From Muribaculaceae bacterium (lineage in GTDB: Bacteria; Bacteroidota; Bacteroidia; Bacteroidales; Muribaculaceae), in assembly GCA_022509105.1 (NCBI GenBank), contig JAFLTV010000004.1, forward strand, positions 5,225 to 69,224: DNA of 64,000 nucleotides, read 5' to 3'. The position numbers and the translations under genes were made by a program. The notes under the pieces were generated by a model. That model was not told where the DNA came from. It saw only the letters and a program-made list of their open reading frames with translations, and made no database searches. Positions 25,592 to 35,274 of the stretch are shown piece after piece (position 1 is the first letter of the stretch; each line of letters begins with the position of its first letter).

Positions 25592-28582
25592 GTGAAACCC
25601 ATATTGAAAAGTCTGGCTGACGCTTATCTCGAGAGATACGGGAATCTCTCGGAAATTTGTTTTCTTTTTCCCAACAAAAGGAGTGGCACATTCTTCAGGA
25701 ACTATCTGAAAGAGGCAGGATATAAAAAGAAATATCCCAAGATACTCACGATATCGGATTTTGTGAAGGAACTCTCAAGGAAAGCTGAAGCCGACAAACT
25801 CGACCAGATTTTCACACTGTATAAATCATATCTCCATGTTGTTCAGAAAAACAACGGTCAGGGGGAAGTTACGGACATTGATTTTGATTCCTTCAGTTCG
25901 TGGGGCATAACGATTTTGTCTGATTTCAACACGGTGGATCAGTATATGGTTGATGCAGGAGAGATCTTTAAAAACGTGAAAGATTTCCGTGAAATTTCAA
26001 CCAACTTCCTCAACGAAGAACAGAAGGAAGTGCTCAAAGAGTATTTCGGGATTGAAGACTCAGGGGATTCAGAAACCTTCTGGAAGCAATTTGAAGACAC
26101 TGAAAACTCTAATATCAAGACAAGATTCCTTAATCTCTGGCAGATTTTGGGAGAACTGCATGAAGAATTCATCTCGCGACTTGCAGAAAAAAACCAAGCC
26201 ACATCCGGCACAATTTACAGATTGGCTGCCGAGAATCTTAAAGAGGGGGGACGCGACCTTCTTCCCTATAAGAAGATAGTGGTTTTCGGATTCAATGCCC
26301 TGAACGGAGCTGAATGGTCGATTTTTGCTTCGTTAAGGGATATACCGGGATATAAGGATTATGACAATTATACTGATTTTATATGGGATGCTACCGGACC
26401 TGTCTTGAACGATTTCACCAATTCGGCGTCTAGGTTTATAAAGTCGAACAAAAAGCATTTCCCGACTGCATCCTGGCTCGAAACTTATCTGGAAGTGAGC
26501 AACAACCATGAGATGCCGGAGATAAGGATCATATCATCGCCATCCGACACATTGCAAGTGAAAATAGCCTCTGAGGTTTTGAATTCCTACCGAAACGACA
26601 ACCCTCAAAACGTTTCGGAAGCAGAGACTGCGCTTGTTTTACCGGATGAGAGCTTATTGATCAATACTCTTTATTCTTTGCCCACCGGAGTTGAAGAGAT
26701 AAACCTCACGATGGGATATCAGTTGCGAAAAACAGGCATTGCCACATTCTTCAATTTACTTAGACGGCTATATGCCAACATGAGGGAGAGCGGAGGCAAG
26801 AAAATCTTTTTTCATAAAGGATTGCGTCTTCTTCTGACTCATCCCTATTCCTACGTGTTGTTTACTCCGGCGGAGATTGACAGTCTGTTAAACGAAATAA
26901 ATTCAAAACATAAAATATCTGTAGAACTTGAGGATATAAAATCGAAGATAAAGGAAGCGGATATTTTATTTGACCTACCCGATAAAAAGGAAGGTAGAGA
27001 AGCATTGTTTAATTTTATAAACAATCTGTTAAGCAGGCTGACCTATAAACTTAATGAGGAGACTGAGGATAAATATAAACATTTGCTTGAAACAACCTTC
27101 ATAGAAAGATACAGGAAGGAGATTGAAACGCTGAGGATCACGCTGAGTCAGCATGGCATAAAGATGAGTTCGCCGGGCATACTTTATCAGATTGACAGGT
27201 TGATTTCACGTCTTACAATAGGATTCGAGGGAGAGCCCTTGGAGGGACTGCAGATCATGGGCACTCTTGAAACCAGAGGATTGGATTTCAAGGATGTGGT
27301 CATACTTTCCATGAATGAAGGTATGATGCCAAGGCGATCCAGAATCAGGAGCTTTATTCCGGATGTATTGAGAAGGGGCTATCATCTCCCCCCGGCCAGA
27401 TATTCAGAAGAGATTTTCGCTTACTATTTCTATAGATTGATAAGCCGGGCTCAAAGAGTGACTTTAATTTATGACGGAAGGACCGGTGGCGGCCTTCAGA
27501 AAGCAGGGGAATCAAGATATCTGCTCCAGCTGAAACACTCTCGTTATAAAGACAAGGTAAAGTTTGAATCATGGAATTTCGATATCAGGCGACAAGGAGT
27601 GAAAGACGCCTCAATCAAGAAAACCAAAGAAATAAGGGAACTTTTAAAACGTTATCTATCAAAGGGTGAGAACCAAAAAAATCTTTCGGCGTCATCACTG
27701 AATGTATATAGAGAATGTCAGGTGAAATTCTTCCTCTCACAGGTGGCAGAGCTGAACACAGACCCTGACCATAAAGAATTCATGGATCCGATTACCATCG
27801 GAAACATAATTCATGATACCATGATGGAGCTTTATCTGGGTGAAAAATTCAGAAAAATTCTTTTGAAGAAACCTATGGTCATAACAAAGGACTTTTTGGA
27901 GAATATTTTAGAGAATCCTTATAAAATCGAGAGACTCCTTGTAAAAAAAATCAACAAGGAATTTTATCACATTGAGAATGAGGATGATCAACGACGTCCG
28001 TTGCCCGGATCATCTGAAATCATAGCCAGGCAGATGCAATTTCAGATTGAGGAGATAATACGCCACGACCTCACTCTGGTTCCTTTCGAGCTTTTTGGTT
28101 GCGAGATTAAAAAATATAAGGAAATAACAACTCCGGGAGGAAAAACAGTGAATTTTAAATTTGCAATCGACCGACTCGACAGGATTCAGGAAGATGGAAC
28201 AAGAAGGCTTAGAATTGTTGACTATAAAACCGGAATGAGGAAAAGAGAGGCAAGTGATATTGAAGAAGTGCTGGAAGGAAACTACAAGTCAGAACAGGTT
28301 TTTCAGCTCTTCACCTATGCCTGGCTTCTTGATAAGGAGGATATCGAAGGGAAAGAAGAGGTCAGGACCGAGATTTATTTCGTGCCTGATTTTGTCGACG
28401 GAAAGGACGGAAGACCGGTGATCGGTAGAAAAATTGTAAAATCGTATGACGAATATTCAGAAGAATTTTCGGAAGGACTGGAAGCAATGATCGACAGCAT
28501 ATTTGATGACGACTATTTCAAGGAGACAAAAAATCCCACCGGTTGTCTGTATTGTGAATTCCGCAGGTTATGTGGCAAATAA
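25592..28582 (+). CDS. AddB-like inactive-helicase/PD-(D/E)XK nuclease with an Fe-S cysteine staple
   Basis: FPNKRSG, FEGEPLEGLQIMGTLETR, LSASSLNVYREC, IDRLD...IVDYKTG and C-terminal CLYCEFRRLC. Confidence 0.88.
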   Translation: MKPILKSLADAYLERYGNLSEICFLFPNKRSGTFFRNYLKEAGYKKKYPKILTISDFVKELSRKAEADKLDQIFTLYKSYLHVVQKNNGQGEVTDIDFDSFSSWGITILSDFNTVDQYMVDAGEIFKNVKDFREISTNFLNEEQKEVLKEYFGIEDSGDSETFWKQFEDTENSNIKTRFLNLWQILGELHEEFISRLAEKNQATSGTIYRLAAENLKEGGRDLLPYKKIVVFGFNALNGAEWSIFASLRDIPGYKDYDNYTDFIWDATGPVLNDFTNSASRFIKSNKKHFPTASWLETYLEVSNNHEMPEIRIISSPSDTLQVKIASEVLNSYRNDNPQNVSEAETALVLPDESLLINTLYSLPTGVEEINLTMGYQLRKTGIATFFNLLRRLYANMRESGGKKIFFHKGLRLLLTHPYSYVLFTPAEIDSLLNEINSKHKISVELEDIKSKIKEADILFDLPDKKEGREALFNFINNLLSRLTYKLNEETEDKYKHLLETTFIERYRKEIETLRITLSQHGIKMSSPGILYQIDRLISRLTIGFEGEPLEGLQIMGTLETRGLDFKDVVILSMNEGMMPRRSRIRSFIPDVLRRGYHLPPARYSEEIFAYYFYRLISRAQRVTLIYDGRTGGGLQKAGESRYLLQLKHSRYKDKVKFESWNFDIRRQGVKDASIKKTKEIRELLKRYLSKGENQKNLSASSLNVYRECQVKFFLSQVAELNTDPDHKEFMDPITIGNIIHDTMMELYLGEKFRKILLKKPMVITKDFLENILENPYKIERLLVKKINKEFYHIENEDDQRRPLPGSSEIIARQMQFQIEEIIRHDLTLVPFELFGCEIKKYKEITTPGGKTVNFKFAIDRLDRIQEDGTRRLRIVDYKTGMRKREASDIEEVLEGNYKSEQVFQLFTYAWLLDKEDIEGKEEVRTEIYFVPDFVDGKDGRPVIGRKIVKSYDEYSEEFSEGLEAMIDSIFDDDYFKETKNPTGCLYCEFRRLCGK

Positions 28583-28619
28583 GAATTATAAAGAAACACT
28601 TAAATAAAACTATATCCTA

Positions 28620-31600
28620 ATGAAGAAAAACTTAATTACTTTGATGGTTGCCGTGTCTTGGCTCACATCTTTTCAAACGACCGCCCAACGTAAACAGCTT
28701 CTCGACAACGACTGGCAGTTCAGTCTGAACGGAAGCAAGGAGGTGGTAAAAGATGCCGGAGTCGCAGCGCAATGGAGAACTTTATCTTTGCCACATGACT
28801 GGAGTGTGGAGAATGAAGCCGCATCTATGGCCGGAGGTAAAGTTATAGGTCCGTTTTCCACAAACAGTATCGGAGGTTATCAAACAGGTTTCACCGTGGG
28901 AGGCGACGGATGGTATCAAAAGACTTTGAATCTTAATAAAGAGGATCTGGAGGGGAAAACGATAATATATTTCGAAGGAGCATACAATCAATCGGAAGTT
29001 TATGTAAACGGAGAGTTGTGTAAAGAAAATGTGTATGGATACAGCAGTTTCCGTTGTGATGTCACAGATTTTCTGAAAGAGGGAGAAAACAATATAGTTG
29101 TTCATGTAGCCAATAACGGAAATAATTCAAGATGGTATGCAGGAAGCGGAATTTACCGGCATGTATGGCTTATAAAGACTCCCGACATTCATCTCGATGA
29201 ATGGGACACATTCCTTTCCACCACTGATAATAACAAATTAAACTTATCTACAATCCTTCATAATGAGTCTGCGTATCCGGGCGATGTTTATGTAGAGCTC
29301 GCTTTGTATGATGCAGATGGAAAAGAGGTTGCAACCAACAAAACTGAAAATATAAAATTGGAAGGAAACAGTGATAATGATATTTCCCTGACTGTGAATG
29401 TTGACGGAGCCTCAACATGGAGTCCGGAAAGTCCGTATCTCTATAATGCAGAAATAAGGCTGAAAGATAAAAACGGAGAAAACATAGATTCATTCAGCAA
29501 AAAGATAGGATTCCGCACCCTTTCATTTGATGCTAAGGAGGGATTTTTACTTAATGGAGAGCCGACATTATTGCGTGGAGGATGCGTTCATCATGACAAC
29601 GGAATGTTGGGAGCCGCTGCCTTTAACAAAGCTGAGGAAAGAAAACTTCGCCTGTTGAAGGAACAAGGCTATAATGCAGTTAGATGCAGCCACAATCTGC
29701 CCTCGGAACATTTCCTTGATGTTTGTGATGAAATAGGACTGATGGTGATAGATGAATGTTTCGACCAATGGAACATAGCAAAAAACTCTGATGACTATCA
29801 TCGGTATTTTCGTGAGCACAGCGATGAGGATCTTTCAGTGATGTTGCGGCGCGACAGGAACCATCCGTCAATCATCATGTGGAGCATCGGAAATGAAATA
29901 CCGGGAAGAATTTCTGATGAAGGAATGGCCACAGCGGAGAGACTACGTAAGGGAGTCCATAAATATGACACAACACGCCCGATTACGGCAGCCATTTGCA
30001 GCTGGGACGACGGCGACTCATGGAATGCTGTAGGGGGCAATTGGGACGCCCAATGCGACCGTGCCTTCCAAAGTCTTGATGTCGGTGGTTATAATTATCT
30101 TTATGACAAGTATGAATACGACCATGGCAGGGATCCGGAAAGAGTGATGTGCGGATTGGAAAGTTATCCCAAACAGGCATCGGAAAACTGGACACTTGTG
30201 GAAAAACATCCATACGTGATAGGAGATTTTGTCTGGACCGCTATGGATTATATAGGAGAAGCCGGCATAGGAGCTGCCTATACGAATGTTCAACCTTCAA
30301 TGTTCCAATCCTGGCCATGGTATAACGGCAATTGCGGGGACATAGACCTGATAGGAAAAAAGAAGCCTCAGAGCTATTATAGAGATGTGGTGTGGCGTCA
30401 GGCGCCGGTGACAATGGCTGTTCAGCCAACCACTTCCTTTAATAATGCATGGGGATGGCAGCTTGAAGAACAACATTGGACCTGGAACGGAAAAGAAGGA
30501 GAACCGATGATTATAAATGTATACAGTAGAGCTCCAAAAGTGCGTCTCTATCTTAACGGTGAATCTTTAGGAGACCAGACTCCCGGAGAAACTTTCTGGA
30601 CCGGATATACGGTAAATTATCAGCCCGGAGAATTGAAGGTTGTGAATCTCGATGGAGCCGGGAATGAGATCGGAGGAGAAGAATTTGTTCTTAAGACAAC
30701 GAAACCGGCCGTAGATGTAAGGATAGTATATGAAGACAAAGAATTGAAAGCTGATAAAGGCGATCTTGCTTATGTGATTTTGGAACTTGTAGATGAAGAC
30801 GGTAATGTTGTGACAAGCGATTGCTCCACTCAGATTTCTGTTGAAAATTCAGGTGTGGGAAATCTAATCGGATGTGTCACTGCAGCTCCTGACGATATGA
30901 TTAGCTTCAGATCTTCGAAGCCGACAATGTTCCGTGGTCGTGCGCTTGCCATTATTCAATCAGAGGGCGTTGCCGGCGAGGTTGAATTAAAAGCAAATAT
31001 CATAGAACCTACATTTACCTCATTGTTACTAAAAAATCCTGAATTTGATGCCGGATTGTCAGACTGGGTAATTAATGATTCTAAATTTGTGAGACATGTG
31101 TCCGGCAACTTGGAATCAGGTAATATCTGTGATTATCTTGAAGCAGATGCAGCAAGAGTGAACGGGGGCGAAAACCTCGCAGGACTGACAATTACCCAAA
31201 GCACAAAGGTGTTACCGGAAGGCGACTACACTCTTTCATTCGATTATGTGGCTGAAAGTTCAGATATGCAGACAGGTAGTAATGATCCACTTAAAGGCCT
31301 GAAAGTTTCAATAGGAGGGAATTATATTGAACTTGAAAACACAGATCCCGGCAAAGAAAATAAAGCCTGTTTACCTTTTACTCTTGAGAAACCTATGGCA
31401 ATTACATTGAGGATAGATTGCGAAGAAGAAACGAATGCAAAAAGGTTTGCAGTAGACAATTTCAATCTGGAATTTAACGGAGATTATGATTTTTATTCAG
31501 AATATACGGATTACAGCGATAAAATTCCGGGATTTGACGGCAGCGGATGGAAAAGACAATCAGGGAATGAAAGCGGAAGTTATACAGAAGTGAAACTTGC

Positions 31601-32141
31601 CTCAGACATTTATAATGGAGAGGGCCTTGCCTATTGGTCGCCGAGAGCTCCTAAGAATTCCAATTTTTTCTCACAAGAGCTTTCCGAACTTCCTGAGGGA
31701 TTTTATGGATTGGCAGCCTATTGCGCGGGCAATCTCTGGAGCAGTAGCGATAATGACAGAAACCCTCAATCCGGAAGCCATTTTTTTGTGAAGAAAGGAG
31801 ATGGAAGTCAGATGAGCGTGCCTGTCACTACTGCCACTTACGGGCTTTATTATCTCACATTTAACATTGATGAAAAAGAAAAATTCACAATAGGGATGAT
31901 GGCTGACGGAGATAATGGCAACAATTGGGCTTATCTGGCAGGAGTCACTTTAGTGCAACTTAACAAAGCAAAAAGAGAGGAGGCTTCAATAAACAGCCCT
32001 TTTATTTCAGGTTCTGAATTTAATAGACGTGATAAAGGCGTTTATACTTTAGACGGGATGAAGCTTGCCGAAGATATCAAGGAATTGAAAGATTACAAGG
32101 GCACAGTTGTTGTCGGGAATAAGGTTTATCTACTGAAATAA
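28620..32141 (+). CDS. Secreted GH2 glycoside hydrolase (beta-galactosidase-like) with two CBM-like modules and a T9SS-like C-terminal domain
   Basis: Signal peptide; LPHDWS, SRWYAGSGIYRHV, GGCVHHDNG, RCSHN, WSIGNE (acid/base) and GLESYP (nucleophile); LKNPEFD..LSDW module; tail GVYTLDGMKL...GTVVVGNKVYLLK. Confidence 0.9.
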   Translation: MKKNLITLMVAVSWLTSFQTTAQRKQLLDNDWQFSLNGSKEVVKDAGVAAQWRTLSLPHDWSVENEAASMAGGKVIGPFSTNSIGGYQTGFTVGGDGWYQKTLNLNKEDLEGKTIIYFEGAYNQSEVYVNGELCKENVYGYSSFRCDVTDFLKEGENNIVVHVANNGNNSRWYAGSGIYRHVWLIKTPDIHLDEWDTFLSTTDNNKLNLSTILHNESAYPGDVYVELALYDADGKEVATNKTENIKLEGNSDNDISLTVNVDGASTWSPESPYLYNAEIRLKDKNGENIDSFSKKIGFRTLSFDAKEGFLLNGEPTLLRGGCVHHDNGMLGAAAFNKAEERKLRLLKEQGYNAVRCSHNLPSEHFLDVCDEIGLMVIDECFDQWNIAKNSDDYHRYFREHSDEDLSVMLRRDRNHPSIIMWSIGNEIPGRISDEGMATAERLRKGVHKYDTTRPITAAICSWDDGDSWNAVGGNWDAQCDRAFQSLDVGGYNYLYDKYEYDHGRDPERVMCGLESYPKQASENWTLVEKHPYVIGDFVWTAMDYIGEAGIGAAYTNVQPSMFQSWPWYNGNCGDIDLIGKKKPQSYYRDVVWRQAPVTMAVQPTTSFNNAWGWQLEEQHWTWNGKEGEPMIINVYSRAPKVRLYLNGESLGDQTPGETFWTGYTVNYQPGELKVVNLDGAGNEIGGEEFVLKTTKPAVDVRIVYEDKELKADKGDLAYVILELVDEDGNVVTSDCSTQISVENSGVGNLIGCVTAAPDDMISFRSSKPTMFRGRALAIIQSEGVAGEVELKANIIEPTFTSLLLKNPEFDAGLSDWVINDSKFVRHVSGNLESGNICDYLEADAARVNGGENLAGLTITQSTKVLPEGDYTLSFDYVAESSDMQTGSNDPLKGLKVSIGGNYIELENTDPGKENKACLPFTLEKPMAITLRIDCEEETNAKRFAVDNFNLEFNGDYDFYSEYTDYSDKIPGFDGSGWKRQSGNESGSYTEVKLASDIYNGEGLAYWSPRAPKNSNFFSQELSELPEGFYGLAAYCAGNLWSSSDNDRNPQSGSHFFVKKGDGSQMSVPVTTATYGLYYLTFNIDEKEKFTIGMMADGDNGNNWAYLAGVTLVQLNKAKREEASINSPFISGSEFNRRDKGVYTLDGMKLAEDIKELKDYKGTVVVGNKVYLLK

Positions 32142-32200
32142 GTCCTGTTAACCGGAGAAAAATACGTAAAGAAAAAGGGTTTGACAGGAAATTGAGGGAT

Positions 32201-32231
32201 TTTGAAATATGAAGGAAATTTCTTAATTTTG
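32201..32231 (+). promoter_or_regulatory. Sigma-A promoter of rpsO (TTTG-N19-TAATTTTG)
   Basis: -33 TTTG at 32201-32204 and -7 TAATTTTG at 32224-32231, with canonical Bacteroidetes spacing. Confidence 0.75.
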
Positions 32232-32236
32232 CAAAG

Positions 32237-32289
32237 CTTTTTGAGAAAAGGAGAATCTGATGAGAGAAAGATTCGCAATCCTTTTTGAG
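32237..32289 (+). promoter_or_regulatory. Structured 5' leader of rpsO (candidate S15 autoregulatory RNA)
   Basis: AAAAGGA(32246-52) pairs with TCCTTTT(32279-85) and GAATCT(32253-58) with AGATTC(32269-74), giving a bulged hairpin between the promoter and the start codon. Confidence 0.45.
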
Positions 32290-32326
32290 GAAAAGTATTT
32301 ATAATAACCTAAAAACTCTCAAACTT

Positions 32327-32602
32327 ATGTATCCTTCACAAGAAGAAAAAGAAAGAATTTTCGAAACCTACGGAACCGGTAAGACAGACACAGGTAGCCC
32401 GGAAAGTCAGATTGCATTGTTCTCATTCAGAATCAAACATCTGACAGAACACATGAAAGAGAACCACAAAGACCATGCAACAGCACGTGCTTTGAAAGCT
32501 CTCGTAGGTAAAAGACGTTCTTTGCTTGACTATCTTATCCGCAAAGACATCAACAGATATCGTGCTATCATCGCTAAGAAAGAACTCGGTATCCGTAAAT
32601 AA
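32327..32602 (+). CDS. rpsO: 30S ribosomal protein S15
   Basis: DTGSPESQIALF...LTEHMKENHKDH...LVGKRRSLLDYL; true ATG at 32327. Confidence 0.97.
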   Translation: MYPSQEEKERIFETYGTGKTDTGSPESQIALFSFRIKHLTEHMKENHKDHATARALKALVGKRRSLLDYLIRKDINRYRAIIAKKELGIRK

Positions 32603-32631
32603 TTCTTTCAAAAGAAAAAGACTACATTTAG

Positions 32632-32670
32632 AGGCGTGTCAGATATTTTGTCGACACGCCTTAATTTTTG
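32632..32670 (+). terminator. Intrinsic terminator after rpsO
   Basis: AGGCGTGTC(32632-40)/GACACGCCT(32653-61) stem followed by TAATTTTT. Confidence 0.65.
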
Positions 32671-32678
32671 TACCTTTG
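32647..32678 (+). promoter_or_regulatory. Sigma-A promoter of the yicC-gmk-nadD operon (TTTG-N20-TACCTTTG), overlapping the rpsO terminator
   Basis: TTTG at 32647-50 and TACCTTTG at 32671-78. Confidence 0.75.
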
Positions 32679-32694
32679 CATAAAATTAGATGCC

Positions 32695-33582
32695 ATGATA
32701 GAATCAATGACCGGATATGGCAAAGCAACTTTTGCCACTGAAAAAAAGAAAATTTCTGTAGATATAAAATCTATAAACAGCAAACAGCTTGATCTAATTA
32801 TACGGGTTCCATCCTTATTCCGCGATCAAGAGCATATCATCAGAAATATCGTAACTCCGGTTATAGAGCGAGGCAAAGTAGACCTCACGGTCAATATCGA
32901 GAATCTGGCGGAAGAATCCACATTGTCTATCAATCACAAGCTGATAAAAGAATACAAAGGACAAATAGAGAATCTTATTACTGAGCTTAATATCCCGGAA
33001 CCGACAGACTGGATACCTGTTTTATTCAGGCTCCCGGATTCCTTGACGAGTGTGGCTCCCGAAGCCGGCGACGACGAAACGGAAGGTCTCCTGGCCGCTT
33101 GCGAAGAGGCTGCCCGGAATCTCCATGAATCAAGAATAAATGAGGGAAGAAAGCTTTATGAGTTCTTTTTCTCGAAAATTGAAAGGATCAGAGGCTTGTT
33201 GGAAGAAACACAGAAATTTGAAAATGAAAGGATTCCTAAAATCAGGGAAAGATTGGAGCAGCAGCTTCAGAAGTTGGAATCAATAGAATATGATAAAGGT
33301 CGCCTGGAACAGGAACTGATCTATTATATTGAGAAACTTGACGTCACGGAAGAGAAAGTGAGGCTTGCAAGCCATCTCAATTATTTTGAAGAGACGCTCG
33401 GAGGGCCTGATGATAGCGCCACCGGTGGAAAAGGAAAGAAATTAGGATTTATTTCCCAGGAGATAGGAAGGGAAATCAATACTTTAGGTTCCAAATCAAA
33501 TGATGCCAATATGCAGAAGATTGTGGTCATGATGAAAGACGAACTGGAACAGATCAAGGAACAGGTGTTGAATGTGTTATGA
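32695..33582 (+). CDS. YicC/YloC family endoribonuclease
   Basis: MIESMTGYGK start at 32695; RGKVD, KLDVTEEKVRL..HL and GKKLGFISQEIGREINTLGSK motifs. Confidence 0.93.
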   Translation: MIESMTGYGKATFATEKKKISVDIKSINSKQLDLIIRVPSLFRDQEHIIRNIVTPVIERGKVDLTVNIENLAEESTLSINHKLIKEYKGQIENLITELNIPEPTDWIPVLFRLPDSLTSVAPEAGDDETEGLLAACEEAARNLHESRINEGRKLYEFFFSKIERIRGLLEETQKFENERIPKIRERLEQQLQKLESIEYDKGRLEQELIYYIEKLDVTEEKVRLASHLNYFEETLGGPDDSATGGKGKKLGFISQEIGREINTLGSKSNDANMQKIVVMMKDELEQIKEQVLNVL

Positions 33583-34166
33583 AAAAAGCTATGAAGGGTA
33601 AAATTATAGTTCTTTCAGCACCTTCGGGAAGCGGGAAATCCACAATAATCTCCCAACTCATGAAAGATAAGGATTTGAAATTGGGATTCTCTATTTCCGC
33701 CACCAGCAGAGCCCCGCGAGGCCAAGAGCAACATGGAAAGGAATATTTCTTCCTTACTATCGACGATTTTAAAAGCAGGGTTAAAAACAACGAGTTTGTA
33801 GAGTGGGAGGAGGTTTATCCCGGTGTTTGTTACGGCACTCTGGAAAGCGAAATCAGAAGAGTTGTGGAAGAAGGGAAAAATCTTGTGATGGATCTTGACG
33901 TGAAGGGAGCCCTGAATATTAAAAAAAGATTTGGTGAAGAAGTTATAACTATCTTTATTATGCCACCGGATCTTAAAACACTTGAAGAAAGATTGATAAA
34001 AAGAGCTACTGATTCCCACGAAACTATAAAAAACCGGCTTGACAAGGCTGAACTTGAACTCAGCTATGCTCCTCAATTTGATGTGGTCATCGTAAATGAT
34101 AATCTTGAAAAAGCAGTCGGGGAGACTAACAATGAAATAAGAAGATTTATATCAATTGAGGAATGA
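33579..34166 (+). CDS. gmk: Guanylate kinase
   Basis: SAPSGSGKST, SATSRAPR, EWEEVY and YGTL motifs; ATGA overlap with yicC. Confidence 0.96.
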   Translation: MKKAMKGKIIVLSAPSGSGKSTIISQLMKDKDLKLGFSISATSRAPRGQEQHGKEYFFLTIDDFKSRVKNNEFVEWEEVYPGVCYGTLESEIRRVVEEGKNLVMDLDVKGALNIKKRFGEEVITIFIMPPDLKTLEERLIKRATDSHETIKNRLDKAELELSYAPQFDVVIVNDNLEKAVGETNNEIRRFISIEE

Positions 34167-34735
34167 CCATAGGAATTTACGGAGGAAGTTTTGATCCAAT
34201 CCACACGGGACATGCCATGGTGGCAAACTTTGTTTCACAATGTAATGCCGTCGACGAGGTGTGGCTTATGGTGAGCCGAAGAAATCCTATGAAAAAGAAT
34301 GAAACTGTAGCGGCAGATGAAGAAAGGCTTCAAATGGCGACTTTAGTGGCTGAAAATTGTAAAAATGTAAGGGTTTCCGATTTTGAAATGTCTTTACCGT
34401 CTCCCTCTTATACCTATGATACGTTGACGGCACTTAAAATCAGATATCCGGAACATAGTTTCAGATTGATAATTGGGAGCGACAGCTATGAGATTTTCCA
34501 TCAATGGAGAAATTATGATAAAATAGTATCGGAATTCGGAGTTATAGTTTATCCAAGACCCGGTTTCCCGCTATCTTTTAAACAGCCGGATGGTTTCTTA
34601 TTTTTAAATGGGGCTCCTGAGTTCAGCATCTCTTCCACATTAATAAGAGAATATATAAAGGATGGCTGGAATGTGAATTATTTCGTGCCGTTGAAAGTTG
34701 CGGAATTTATAGAAAAGAAAAAAATATACCGTTAG
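34163..34735 (+). CDS. nadD: Nicotinate-nucleotide adenylyltransferase
   Basis: GGSFDPIHTGH, SYTYDTL, IIGSD and ISSTLIR motifs. Confidence 0.95.
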   Translation: MTIGIYGGSFDPIHTGHAMVANFVSQCNAVDEVWLMVSRRNPMKKNETVAADEERLQMATLVAENCKNVRVSDFEMSLPSPSYTYDTLTALKIRYPEHSFRLIIGSDSYEIFHQWRNYDKIVSEFGVIVYPRPGFPLSFKQPDGFLFLNGAPEFSISSTLIREYIKDGWNVNYFVPLKVAEFIEKKKIYR

Positions 34736-34737
34736 AA

Positions 34738-35274
34738 ATGGACAACAATAGCAATGATAAGGGAAGATTGATTCAGTTGGTGGATTTATCCAAAAGGTTT
34801 TGTGAATTATGCCAGACTGCAGAAGAATATGACAAGACAGAATTCACCGACCATTCGCTTGATTTATTGCCAAGAATTTATTGGAACTTTTTTGATCTTC
34901 AGGCCTCTGTGGTTTCTTTAGGAGGTTTTGATTATTTTTCTTCCTATGTGGATGAAGAATTCTATGAAGATATCCGCAGAAGGATTTCAATAGTGATGGG
35001 AGCTGACGACACATATCTTGACACATTTATAGAAGATATGCAATATAGCGACACTCCTATAAGTGCCACAATTTCAGAAGGCATGGCAGATATCTTCCAG
35101 TCGTTGTTCAATTTTGTGAATATTGTTAAAGATTCAGAAGGAGAGCAGCTCGAGGAAGCTTTCATAAATTGCAAGGAAGAATTCGAAAATTATTGGAGTC
35201 AGACACTTTGCAATCTTCTGAAAGTGTTTAACAATATCAAATATGGAAATCATCTAAATGACGATGAACTATGA
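34738..35274 (+). CDS. Conserved Bacteroidales protein (DUF5063-like)
   Basis: Acidic helical protein with LLPRIY, DTYLDTFIEDMQYSDTPI..ISE..ADIFQ and F..YWSQ.L patterns recalled for this family. Confidence 0.7.
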   Translation: MDNNSNDKGRLIQLVDLSKRFCELCQTAEEYDKTEFTDHSLDLLPRIYWNFFDLQASVVSLGGFDYFSSYVDEEFYEDIRRRISIVMGADDTYLDTFIEDMQYSDTPISATISEGMADIFQSLFNFVNIVKDSEGEQLEEAFINCKEEFENYWSQTLCNLLKVFNNIKYGNHLNDDEL

